A stretch of 13,165 nucleotides of DNA from an uncultured archaeon (GTDB lineage Archaea > Hadarchaeota > Hadarchaeia > Hadarchaeales > Hadarchaeaceae). Shown here one piece after another: positions 1 through 7,955 of this stretch. Positions within the stretch are counted from its first letter, which is position 1; the number at the start of each line of letters is the position of its first letter. Both the position numbers and the translations under genes were made by a program. A model generated the notes under the pieces. That model saw only the letters and a program-made list of their open reading frames with translations. It was not told the origin of the DNA and ran no database searches. The DNA lies in contig CAKZTQ010000019.1 of assembly GCA_937921735.1 (NCBI GenBank), positions 1 to 13,165 of the forward strand, in the 5' to 3' direction.

Positions 1-619
1 GTTCGGCTCGGGCAAGAGCCAGCTCGCGCACCAGCTCTGCGTCAACGTCCAGCTGCCGCCTGAGCGAGGTGGGCTCAACGGAAAGGCGATCTTCATTGAC
101 ACCGAGAACACCTTCAGGCCGGAGAGGGTCCAGCAGATGGCCAAAGCGGTCGGGTTGGACCCGGCCCAAGCGTTGGAAAACATATATGTGGCGCGCGCCT
201 GCACGACCGATCACCAAATGCTACTCGTCGAGAAGGTGGCCGATATGGCGAAGCAAGGGGACTTCAAGCTGCTCGTGGTGGATTCCCTGACGTCGCTGTT
301 TCGTACGGAGTACTGCGGGCGAGGAGCTCTCGCCGAGCGACAGCAGAAACTAGGTCGTCACCTTGCCTCGTTGCACAGAATCGCTGAGCTCCACGACATG
401 GCCGTGCTGGTGACGAACCAGGTTCAAGCTAGGCCTGACACGTTCTTCGGCGATCCCACGAGGCCCATCGGCGGACACGTGTTGGGGCACTCGGTGACGG
501 CGCGGATTTACCTTAGGAAGGGCAAGGGCAACATGAGAATTGCGAACCTCGTCGATCACCCTGGCTTACCTCCGGAGAGCGCGAGCTTTCAGATAACGGA
601 AGAGGGAATAAGGGACTAG
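1..619 (+). CDS. radA: DNA repair and recombination protein RadA (5'-truncated)
   Basis: The frame is open from position 2 and reads [19 protein letters not shown] (Walker A), [17 protein letters not shown] (Walker B), [15 protein letters not shown] and GGHVLGH, ending ITEEGIRD. These are archaeal RadA/Rad51 motifs. Confidence 0.95.
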   Translation, partial: FGSGKSQLAHQLCVNVQLPPERGGLNGKAIFIDTENTFRPERVQQMAKAVGLDPAQALENIYVARACTTDHQMLLVEKVADMAKQGDFKLLVVDSLTSLFRTEYCGRGALAERQQKLGRHLASLHRIAELHDMAVLVTNQVQARPDTFFGDPTRPIGGHVLGHSVTARIYLRKGKGNMRIANLVDHPGLPPESASFQITEEGIRD

Positions 620-658
620 CCGAATATGCAAAATTTAAGTTGGTTGCGGACAGCTCTG

Positions 659-1255
659 CTAGAACCCAAGAAATGAGAGCGAGTTGTAGGCACAATGGCA
701 GACGATCGCGCTCGCCAGCCCACCTAGCATGTAACATATCCCGAGCAACACCCCTCCCACCGCCAGGGGAATAATCGCCGCGGGGTATGTGCCCGGGTTG
801 GAGATGTGGAACGCCGCGAAGACGATGGACGAAAGTAAGATCCCCAGCGAGCGCGAGCGGGCGCGCCTACCTATCTCCTCGAGCAGTACCCCCCTGAAGA
901 CCCACTCCTCGAAGATGGGTAGGATGTTTACGGTGACGAACATCCCCACCGGCGAGGCCCTCTCCAGCTTCGCGAAGATGTATTCCTCCGGCGAGTAGAG
1001 CGGAAGCCCCGCTTTCTCGACTAGGTAACCCACCCAACCGACGATGATCATGGCCCCGATCGCAAAAGCTATGGCGATGGATAGCAGTTTGAGCCAGTCG
1101 AGCAAATCCATTTGCTTGGCCACCGATAGCCAAAGGCGGGGGCGCAGCCTCTCCAAGTAGTGGGGCCTGTCCACAACGATCTTCCCCACCGAGAGCCCGA
1201 GGGCGGCTCCGGCCGCGCATATCTTAGCTATCTCGGTCCATTCCAACGATATCAC
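659..1255 (-). CDS. CPBP (CAAX protease/Abi, Rce1-like) family intramembrane glutamic endopeptidase
   Basis: Motifs EEWVFRG, FAAFH and HCAYN with several hydrophobic helices. Start placed at GTG 1255, which overlaps the upstream TGA (GTGA). The ORF-track start at 1321 would overlap the upstream gene by 70 bp. Confidence 0.88.
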   Translation of the reverse strand: MISLEWTEIAKICAAGAALGLSVGKIVVDRPHYLERLRPRLWLSVAKQMDLLDWLKLLSIAIAFAIGAMIIVGWVGYLVEKAGLPLYSPEEYIFAKLERASPVGMFVTVNILPIFEEWVFRGVLLEEIGRRARSRSLGILLSSIVFAAFHISNPGTYPAAIIPLAVGGVLLGICYMLGGLASAIVCHCAYNSLSFLGF

Positions 1256-1488
1256 GGCACATATTTTTTCGAGAGCTTTTCGTAGCGCTTTTCCACCGGA
1301 GCGCTGACTTTGATGGTCCACGTCGCCTCGGTGCCCCTCTGCCTGCGCTCGACCTTGCCCTCGTTCATCAGTCGAAAGAGGTCTACCCTAAGCCGCGACA
1401 GCTCGATGCCGGTCTGCTGGGATATCTCGGACAGCGTCAGCGGCCTCCCTGCGCTCCTCAAGACCTCCAATATTTTCTCCCTCTTCAA
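1252..1488 (-). CDS. Small winged helix-turn-helix protein (78 aa)
   Basis: ILEVLRSAGRPLTLSEISQQTGI...LFRLMNEGKVERR is a wHTH pattern. TTG start preceded by a GGGGTGA RBS, and tightly packed between co-directional genes. Confidence 0.8.
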   Translation of the reverse strand: MKREKILEVLRSAGRPLTLSEISQQTGIELSRLRVDLFRLMNEGKVERRQRGTEATWTIKVSAPVEKRYEKLSKKYVP

Positions 1489-1492
1489 TCGT

Positions 1493-1825
1493 TCACCCCT
1501 TTCTCAACTTTTCTAACACATCTAAAATCGACTTGATCAACTCCAGGAGCTCGGAAATCGCATGTCGGTCCTTTTCCCCCCTGAATTCGTCGACGAGTTG
1601 GTTTAGTTTTTCGGTCAATGCGCTTTCGATGTCCGCCGGAGCCACGACGGCCTCAGCTTCGGTGGGTTTGGGCTTTGCTTCCCCGGTCTGCTCGCCACAA
1701 ATCGGGCAAGTTATCCTGCCCTCGTACTCGAACAGCGGGCTCTTGCACTTGGCGCAGTGTAGCGAAAGCATCTTGCCGCCGGCCAGCAGCATGCGGGCCA
1801 TCTTCGAGACGTCCTCGTCCCGCAA
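1493..1825 (-). CDS. UPF0148 / Sjogren's syndrome-scleroderma autoantigen 1 (p27) family Zn-finger protein
   Basis: MARMLLAGGKMLSLHCAKCKSPLF...GRITCPICG matches the family's GxKML-xx-CxxC-xPLF-CxxC pattern, followed by a helical C-terminus. Divergent from UPF0147, as often seen in archaea. Confidence 0.88.
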   Translation of the reverse strand: MRDEDVSKMARMLLAGGKMLSLHCAKCKSPLFEYEGRITCPICGEQTGEAKPKPTEAEAVVAPADIESALTEKLNQLVDEFRGEKDRHAISELLELIKSILDVLEKLRKG

Positions 1826-1857
1826 AATTCCATCCCAAACCCTTATGAGCTAACCCC

Positions 1858-1870
1858 TCCTTAAACTTTA
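1858..1870. promoter_or_regulatory. Probable TATA box, possibly shared by the divergent UPF0148 and UPF0147 genes
   Basis: CTTAAAC on + and AAAGTTTAAG on -, about 25-35 bp from both start codons in a 63-bp intergenic region. Confidence 0.45.
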
Positions 1871-1888
1871 GCGATGTTATGAGCGCGG

Positions 1889-2155
1889 GTGACCGAGATG
1901 TCCTCGGATGCCAAACTAAAACAAGTTGCGGAGATCATGGCGCGAGTGGCGGAGGACACGTCGGTCCCGCGAAATATCAGGAGGGCGGCGAACGAGGCGA
2001 GGGAGGCCCTCCTGAAGTCCGGAGAAGACCCCGTGGTGAGGGCGGCCTCAGCGATAATGATCTTGGACGAGATAAGCAACGATCCGAACATGCCGGTCCA
2101 CACTAGGACCACGATTTGGAACGCCCTCAGCATCTTAGAGACAATACGCGAGTGA
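1889..2155 (+). CDS. UPF0147 family protein
   Basis: DTSVPRNIRRAA...RAASAIMILDEISNDPNMPVHTRTTIWN is the UPF0147 signature. The start may instead be ATG 1898. Confidence 0.93.
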   Translation: MTEMSSDAKLKQVAEIMARVAEDTSVPRNIRRAANEAREALLKSGEDPVVRAASAIMILDEISNDPNMPVHTRTTIWNALSILETIRE

Positions 2156-2705
2156 GGAACGCGGCCCTTGCAGCCTCCTCCACAGCCTCCGCCACATAAA
2201 GGGCATCAAGCGGCGTTTGCCCAACGGTTACTAGACCGTGTTTCTCGAGCACCGCCGCGAGGCCTCGCAGTTTAGTCGCCACCTCCGATGCCAGCTCCTT
2301 GGAGCCGGGTGGGCGGTACTTAACTGTTACCACCTTTCCCACCCTCAGCTTAAGCTCGGGCGTAAGCGGTGGTATCGCCTTGCCCAAGAGGGCAAAGGCC
2401 ATCGTGTGGGGCGGGTGGGTGTGCAGGATGGCATGGATATCCGGCCTCGCGCGGTAGAGCTCCAGATGCATTGCCAGCTCCCTCGTGGGTTGCCGCCTCC
2501 CTGCCAACTTCTTGCCGGATAGACCTACCTTGACGATGTCGGCGCGCGTGAGGTCGCCTAAGCAACACCCGCTTGGGGTCACGAGGATCTCCTCGCCTAG
2601 GCGGACGCTGGCGTTGCCGCTGGTGCCGAAGGTAAGCCTACGCTCGTAGGCGCGCTTGCACGCCTCCAAAAGTTGGAGCTCGAGTTTTCGCGCACCGGAA
2701 GCCAT
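2127..2705 (-). CDS. Class II aldolase/adducin family protein (FucA/MtnB-like)
   Basis: SGNASVR, VTPSG, PTRELAMH (catalytic Glu), HTHPPH (Zn-binding HxH) and HGLVTVG (third His). Substrate not determinable from sequence. Confidence 0.9.
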   Translation of the reverse strand: MASGARKLELQLLEACKRAYERRLTFGTSGNASVRLGEEILVTPSGCCLGDLTRADIVKVGLSGKKLAGRRQPTRELAMHLELYRARPDIHAILHTHPPHTMAFALLGKAIPPLTPELKLRVGKVVTVKYRPPGSKELASEVATKLRGLAAVLEKHGLVTVGQTPLDALYVAEAVEEAARAAFLTRVLSLRC

Positions 2706-2753
2706 ATCAACCGCTTAGAATTTCACTAATTAGGGTTTAAGCGTGGTGATCGC

Positions 2754-3128
2754 ATGGAGCCGGATCTGAGACCCTTCGTGGACCTTATGCTCCAGAAGAA
2801 CGTCAAGGGAGCTAGGGAAAAGCTCGAGGAAATGGCCCGGGGATTTGACTCGGCCGATGACTTTTGGAAGGGCTACCGCTTGGCGCTGCAGGGCATGCTC
2901 GCTGCCTTGGAGGCCGGGGATGAACTTACGGTCGTACGTAGGATAGTCGAAGGAAGGTATTCGCCCGAGAACATGCGGGAACTCATGGAACAAATGCGCG
3001 ATAGGATCTCGCAACCTTTTAGGTCGGCTGAGGAGCGAGGTTTCGATTCAGCTTGGGCGCAGGTGCTGCTGATCCTGCTAAAGGGCGCGGATAAGCCGGA
3101 AGCGAGAGGTGGAGCTACTCGATCGTAG
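2754..3128 (+). CDS. Hypothetical all-helical protein (124 aa)
   Basis: ATG with a GGTGA RBS, natural amino-acid composition, and it fills the gap between two minus-strand genes. Confidence 0.75.
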   Translation: MEPDLRPFVDLMLQKNVKGAREKLEEMARGFDSADDFWKGYRLALQGMLAALEAGDELTVVRRIVEGRYSPENMRELMEQMRDRISQPFRSAEERGFDSAWAQVLLILLKGADKPEARGGATRS

Positions 3129-3717
3129 CGTGTCGTGCCCGGAGGTCCTCCTCTTTCTTACCCAACTTTGTCATCAGGTTTGCGACTATACCGTCGAGAA
3201 ACACCAGCGCGGTTATCTCGAACATCGTCCCGAGGGGGGCAAGTGAGGCGTACTCCCCGGCGAGCTCACGGTGGACGAAATCCGTCGTGCTCTCGGTTTT
3301 CACCCGACCCGGCAAGACGACTAAATAATCGGCGATCTTGCCCAAGCTGGAGTTTGGGTACGAGGTTATCGCGACGATCTTAGACCCGATCTTCTTCGCT
3401 ATCTCCGCCGCCCTCACCGTCAGGTTGGTTTCCCCCGAGCCCGAGACCGCTATGAACAGGTCCCCCTCGCGGAGGGCCGGCGTGATGGTTTCCCCGATCA
3501 CGTATGTGTCTATGCCCAAGTGCATCAGCCGCATCGCGAACGCCTTGGCGACGAGGCCCGAGCGCCCGGCCCCGATGACGAATACTCGCTTGGCCTTCAG
3601 CAGCGCTTGGATGAAATCGTCGACCTGCTTTCCGTCGAGCACGTTCGAGACCTTCAATATTTGGTTGGCTATCTCGCGCATCGCGCGATGGACCTCGAGC
3701 ACGTCCGGTTCTGGCAT
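3115..3717 (-). CDS. hxlB: 6-phospho-3-hexuloisomerase (PHI, SIS domain, RuMP pathway)
   Basis: GAGRSGLVAKAFAMRLMHLG, GETITPA, SGSGET, LAPLGTMFE and the C-terminal RHATIE are typical of PHI. Confidence 0.93.
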   Translation of the reverse strand: MPEPDVLEVHRAMREIANQILKVSNVLDGKQVDDFIQALLKAKRVFVIGAGRSGLVAKAFAMRLMHLGIDTYVIGETITPALREGDLFIAVSGSGETNLTVRAAEIAKKIGSKIVAITSYPNSSLGKIADYLVVLPGRVKTESTTDFVHRELAGEYASLAPLGTMFEITALVFLDGIVANLMTKLGKKEEDLRARHATIE

Positions 3718-3815
3718 GTTGCCACGTGTTAAGTTACGGTGCGGTGATTAAAAGGTTATATCCGAGCGCGGCAAAGCTTTTACACCGCTCAAAAAGATGC
3801 CTTGTGGGTGAGGGA

Positions 3816-5210
3816 ATGTTGTACTTCCTCGGATTTCTGCTTTTGATCGCGGGTATGGTCATGCTCACACCTGTTCCGGTCGCGATCTGGTTCGGCGAAG
3901 GAACCCTCATCCCGGCCTTTGTCGTGCCGGCGGCCGTCGCGATCGCGGTAGGACTTTTTCTGCGTCTACGCTTCCCGCGCACGGAGCTCAGCCTGGGCAA
4001 GGCGATGGTTCTTGTCGCGACGGTTTGGATAATCCTATCGCTCTTCAGCTCTGTTCCCTTCATGCTAGGAAACGGCATGAGCTTCGTAGACAGCTATTTT
4101 GAGAGCATGGCCGGGTTCACCGCCACGGGGTTGACGATGATAGGCGATGTCGAATCTTGTAAGGCCACCATCTTGGTTTGGCGCAGCTTGACCCAATGGG
4201 TGGGGGGCTTGGGTATTATAGTCTTGTTCCTGGCCGCCCTCCTCGGGGCCGGTAAGGCCGCCCGCAAGATGTACGTCGCGGAGGCGCGCATGGAGCGCAT
4301 CGAGCCAAGCCTGAGGGAGACGGCTAGGGCGCTATGGAAGATCTACTTGTTGTTCACGTTGATGGGTGCAGCGGGGCTTTACTTCGCTGGCATGCCCTTG
4401 TTCGAGGCCATCAACCACAGCATGACGGGCATCGCGACCGGGGGGTTCACGGTGAGGAACGTGAGCTTCGCGGGGTACGGGTCGGCGGCGATCTTGGTCG
4501 CGATCTTGGTGATGCTGACAGGGGCGACGAGCTTCGCCGTCCACCGCAGGGTGATGACCGGCTACTGGCGCGAGCTCTTCCGCAACGTGGAGGTGCAGCT
4601 GATGTTGGCCTTGATAGCCCTCGCCACCCTTGTGTTGATCTGGAGCGTGGGGGTGAGGGATGCGCTGTTTCAATCGGTCTCGGCCCTCACGGGAACCGGC
4701 TTCTCGACCGTCAGCCTCTCCGGCTGGGGGGATCTTCAGAAGGGCATCCTGATCGTCCTGATGATCGTCGGGGGAGGATATGGTTCTACCTCGAGCGCCA
4801 TCAAGCTCATACGCATCGCGATAATCGCCAAGGCCATCCACTGGAGCATCAAGCGCAGCTTCCTGCCCGAACGCGCGATCTTGCCCATGAAACTGGCCGG
4901 CAGGATTTACACCCAGGACGAGGTAATGGAGACGGCGATCTACGCTCTGATCTACGTCTTCGTGCTGATGGGGGGAGCCGTCGTCCTCATGACCTTGGGC
5001 TATCCGGCGATCGACTCCCTCTTCGAGTCGGCCTCGGCGCAGGGCAACGTGGGGCTCTCGGTGGGGGTCGCCTCCTCCGCTATGCCTGTGTCGGGAAAGA
5101 TCGTCCTCATCGTGCAGATGCTGGTGGGGCGACTGGAGATCCTGCCGGTCGTGGCGCTCGTGAGCTACCTCATCTCCATGATTCCTCGCCCTCGGCCTCG
5201 GGCCTTCTAG
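3816..5210 (+). CDS. trkH: TrkH family potassium uptake membrane protein
   Basis: Four P-loops (FESMAGFTATG, IATGGF, ALTGTGF, QGNVG), WRSLTQWVGGLG and GRLEI, with many TM helices. ATG 3816 follows a GGTGAGGGA RBS. Confidence 0.94.
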   Translation: MLYFLGFLLLIAGMVMLTPVPVAIWFGEGTLIPAFVVPAAVAIAVGLFLRLRFPRTELSLGKAMVLVATVWIILSLFSSVPFMLGNGMSFVDSYFESMAGFTATGLTMIGDVESCKATILVWRSLTQWVGGLGIIVLFLAALLGAGKAARKMYVAEARMERIEPSLRETARALWKIYLLFTLMGAAGLYFAGMPLFEAINHSMTGIATGGFTVRNVSFAGYGSAAILVAILVMLTGATSFAVHRRVMTGYWRELFRNVEVQLMLALIALATLVLIWSVGVRDALFQSVSALTGTGFSTVSLSGWGDLQKGILIVLMIVGGGYGSTSSAIKLIRIAIIAKAIHWSIKRSFLPERAILPMKLAGRIYTQDEVMETAIYALIYVFVLMGGAVVLMTLGYPAIDSLFESASAQGNVGLSVGVASSAMPVSGKIVLIVQMLVGRLEILPVVALVSYLISMIPRPRPRAF

Positions 5211-5778
5211 CCGGAGGTCTGACGAAGACGCGATACTTGTCCACGCCTTGTAGCTCCATGATCACGCGCTTGGCCACGAGCTTCTTCGGGTTGGGCAGCC
5301 CCTTCACGCGGTTTGCCAGGTCCTCGAAATCCGAGAAGGGCTTCTTTTTCCTCTCCTCCAGTATGCTCCACATCAGCCTCTTGCCTATGCCCGGGATTAG
5401 CTCCAGCTGGTGGAAGCGGGTGGTCAGGGGCGCGGCCCGGTTGAAGAACTCTATGAACCTCTCCGGATGCTCGTCCACGAGCCTCTCCACCGCGATCGGC
5501 AGCTCCGCCTTGGCGGCAGCCGTTAGGTCCTCGTAACCTATCCGGCGCTTGATGCGCTCTATCTTGTCTCGCTTGTCCTTGCCTATGAACACGCGCTCGT
5601 GTAGGGCCGGTACCACCCCTGCCGCGGGCACGGCCTCGAGCAGGGTGAAAAAGGTGTCCCCCAGGATCTGGACTATGGGCTCGCGCAGGTGGATCGGCCT
5701 GGGGTCGTCGGGATGCCCCTGGGGTAAGAAATCTAAAACTATACCGTAATCCTCGTACTTTTTGATCAAAATCAGCAC
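5170..5778 (-). CDS. DUF655 family putative nucleic-acid-binding protein (OB fold + HhH)
   Basis: EDYGIVLDFLPQG, FTLLEA, RVFIGKDKRDKI, FFNRAAPLTTRFHQLELIPGIGK (HhH). Lies directly downstream of rpoF, its usual position. Confidence 0.93.
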   Translation of the reverse strand: MLILIKKYEDYGIVLDFLPQGHPDDPRPIHLREPIVQILGDTFFTLLEAVPAAGVVPALHERVFIGKDKRDKIERIKRRIGYEDLTAAAKAELPIAVERLVDEHPERFIEFFNRAAPLTTRFHQLELIPGIGKRLMWSILEERKKKPFSDFEDLANRVKGLPNPKKLVAKRVIMELQGVDKYRVFVRPPARRPEAEGEESWR

Positions 5779-5796
5779 CTTCCTCTATTTTCAAAA

Positions 5797-6135
5797 CTAC
5801 TTCCTAAACTTGTTGATGAGGTCAAGTATCTTTTGGATGTCCTCCTCCCCTAGCCTAACCCTCTCCTTGGAGAAGATGAGTTGGACCTCCTCCTTGGTCT
5901 CGGGCATGAGGTCGACGAGCGCGACCGCTTGGTGCTCCTTCAGGTTCCCCAACTTGAGCAGCTCCTCCACCAACTCCCTGGCTTTCCCGGCGTCGAGCTT
6001 GGCGAACTTCTGAGCGTAATCGAAGGCCAGCCTCTGCCCGTAGCCCAGCTCCCCATGCTTCTTCTGCTTCTCCAAGATCTCCAGCACCTCGGCCAGCGTA
6101 ATCACCTTCTCGTTAGAAATACCCTTGCCGATCAT
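5797..6135 (-). CDS. rpoF: DNA-directed RNA polymerase subunit F (Rpo4)
   Basis: MIGK...ITLAEV, LGYGQRLAFDYAQKFAKL and LVDLMPETKEEV. TGATG coupling with rpl21e. Confidence 0.95.
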   Translation of the reverse strand: MIGKGISNEKVITLAEVLEILEKQKKHGELGYGQRLAFDYAQKFAKLDAGKARELVEELLKLGNLKEHQAVALVDLMPETKEEVQLIFSKERVRLGEEDIQKILDLINKFRK

Positions 6136-6425
6136 CACCTCACCATCCTGAGGTGTTCTGGCCTGGAAATAATCCTTTTGATGGAGCCCCCTTCCCGGAC
6201 CTCGACCACGTACGCGCGCCCTCGCCTCTCCTTGACCACCCCCACCCTACCGTGGTATCTGGCGTGAGGCTGGCCCTTGTGCACGCTAGGGTCTATGAGG
6301 ATGGTCACCCTATCACCTGGTTTTATGTCCTGCACCACCCTACTCACCGGCGAGAGTCCCCGCTCCCTCGCCCGCTTGCTTAGCCTCTTTCTGGTCTTGC
6401 TCCGGTAACCGCTCGATTGGGGCAC
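6135..6425 (-). CDS. rpl21e: 50S ribosomal protein L21e
   Basis: SSGYRSKTRKRL, GDRVTILIDPSVHKGQPHARYHGRVG and RPEHLR. GTG 6425 chosen from GGTGA RBS spacing; ATG 6431 is the alternative. Confidence 0.96.
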   Translation of the reverse strand: MPQSSGYRSKTRKRLSKRARERGLSPVSRVVQDIKPGDRVTILIDPSVHKGQPHARYHGRVGVVKERRGRAYVVEVREGGSIKRIISRPEHLRMVR

Positions 6426-6467
6426 TTTCATCACCCACCATCGCTACTTGATATCACCGGTTTGCCC

Positions 6468-6484
6468 CACTTAAGAGTTTCCTT
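6468..6484 (-). promoter_or_regulatory. Probable internal BRE/TATA promoter for rpl21e-rpoF-DUF655
   Basis: The minus strand reads AAGGAAACTCTTAAG about 40-45 bp upstream of the rpl21e start. Confidence 0.4.
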
Positions 6485-6485
6485 C

Positions 6486-7865
6486 TCAGCCCTCCCGATG
6501 ACTTGGCCCCGCTCGGTCCTTCGCCATCTCCCTCAGCAGCTTGCCCCACGGGCCCACCCTCGGGATGCGCCCCTTCGCCACGGTCTTGATCAACTTGCGC
6601 ATGAGCTCGTAGTAGCGCAACAACTCCTTCACGTCGGCCTCGGAAGTGCCGGAGCCCAGGGCTATGCGTCGGATGCGGGAGGAGTTGAGCAGCTTGGGGT
6701 TCTCCAGCTCCTCAGGCGTCATGGATTGCATGATGACCTTGAAGCGCTTCAGCTTCTCCTCGCCCACGCGTAACTGTTCGTCTGGCACCGCCATCCCGAA
6801 GCCCGGGATCATCTCCATCAGCCTCTTCAGCGGTCCCATCTTGCTCAAGGCCTCCAGCTGGTCATAGACGTCCCTCAGCGTCAGCTTCCCGGCGAGGATG
6901 GCCTTCGCCTCCACCGGCTTGACCTCTTTCTCCCTCGCGGCTTCCTCGATCCGCCTGAGCAGCGTCTCGAGGTCCCCCATGCCCAGTAGCCTTGCGACGA
7001 AGCGCTCGGGCACGAAGGGCTCGAGCTCGTCGAGGTGCTCTCCCACGCCTATGAACTTGATGGGCGCCCCCGTGGCGGCGACCGCCGAGAGCGCCCCGCC
7101 GCCCTTGGCCGTGCCGTCCAGCTTGGTCACGAGGATGGAGCCTATGCTGGTGGCGGCGTGGAAGGCCGCCGCTTGGTCCCTCGCCTGCTGCCCCAGCGTG
7201 CCGTCCACGACCAGCATCACCTCGTCCGGCCCTATGGCCTCGGCGAGCTGCTTCATCTCCTCCATCAGCTCTTCCTCGCGGCGGTGGCGGCCCGCGGAGT
7301 CCACGAGGATGAGGTCCATTCGCTCGCGCTTGAAGTGCTCGACGCCCCGCCTCGCGAGCTCCACGGAGCTATTCGCCGCCTCGTCGCCGTAGACGGGCAC
7401 ACCTATTTGCTCGCCCAGCTGGCGCAGCTGTTGGAGGGCGCCTGGGCGGAAGGTGTCGGCGCACACCATGCCCACCCTAAAGCCACGCTTTTTGAAGTGC
7501 AGGGCAAGCTTCGCGGCGGAGGTGGTCTTGCCGCTTCCCTGGAGCCCGACCATGAGCACCACCGTCGGCCTCCCCGGCTTTAGCTGGAGCTGCGCGGGCC
7601 TGCCCATGAGCGCGGAGAGCTCCTCGTAGACTATCTTGATCACGTGCTCCTTCCGCGCCATGCCCGGCGGCGGTTTTTCCTCCAACGCCCGCTTCTCGAT
7701 GCGCTTCGTCAGCTCAAGTACCAGCTGCACGTTGACGTCCGCCTGCAGCAGGGCGCGTTGGATGTCCCGCACGAGCTCCTTGATGGCCCGCTCGTCGACG
7801 TGCGTGGCCCTCGTCAGCTTTTGGAGCGCGCCGTGCAGCGCCTTGCCCAGTTTATCGAGCACCAC
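6486..7865 (-). CDS. srp54: Signal recognition particle 54 kDa protein
   Basis: MVLDKLG, ALLQADVNV, GLQGSGKTT (G1), DTFRPGA, DSAGRH (G3), TKLDGTAKGGG (G4), and an M domain with KMGPL...MIPG, IMQSMT and RIRRIALGSG. Confidence 0.98.
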   Translation of the reverse strand: MVLDKLGKALHGALQKLTRATHVDERAIKELVRDIQRALLQADVNVQLVLELTKRIEKRALEEKPPPGMARKEHVIKIVYEELSALMGRPAQLQLKPGRPTVVLMVGLQGSGKTTSAAKLALHFKKRGFRVGMVCADTFRPGALQQLRQLGEQIGVPVYGDEAANSSVELARRGVEHFKRERMDLILVDSAGRHRREEELMEEMKQLAEAIGPDEVMLVVDGTLGQQARDQAAAFHAATSIGSILVTKLDGTAKGGGALSAVAATGAPIKFIGVGEHLDELEPFVPERFVARLLGMGDLETLLRRIEEAAREKEVKPVEAKAILAGKLTLRDVYDQLEALSKMGPLKRLMEMIPGFGMAVPDEQLRVGEEKLKRFKVIMQSMTPEELENPKLLNSSRIRRIALGSGTSEADVKELLRYYELMRKLIKTVAKGRIPRVGPWGKLLREMAKDRAGPSHREG

Positions 7866-7955
7866 CGAAGTCCCCGAGTAGCCCTATTCAAACGGGAGGA
7901 TTTAACATTAGGGCTTATCTCGTAACAGGCGAGCGAGAATTCACGCACGGTCCGT

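Noticed and set aside
2-40. RadA intein at the Walker A site
   Set aside because: GSGK continues directly into SQLAHQ with no insertion.
628-641. TATA-like AAAATTTAAG between convergent radA and CPBP as an antisense promoter
   Set aside because: More simply read as a T-rich terminator region on the minus strand; no supporting downstream ORF.
1843-1884. TTATGAGC direct repeat (1843-1850 and 1877-1884)
   Set aside because: Only 8 bp, so it cannot be distinguished from chance without comparative data.
3764-3790. GAGCG...AAAGCTTT...CGCTC near-dyad upstream of trkH as a riboswitch or operator
   Set aside because: Short and imperfect, overlaps probable promoter elements, and is too small for a known riboswitch.
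3726-3815. N-terminal extension of TrkH in the ORF track
   Set aside because: Spans the divergent promoter region, and ATG 3816 has a strong RBS.
4334-5536. 400-aa alternative-frame ORF
   Set aside because: Overlaps trkH and DUF655, with the Arg/Gly/Pro/His-rich composition typical of GC-rich shadow frames.
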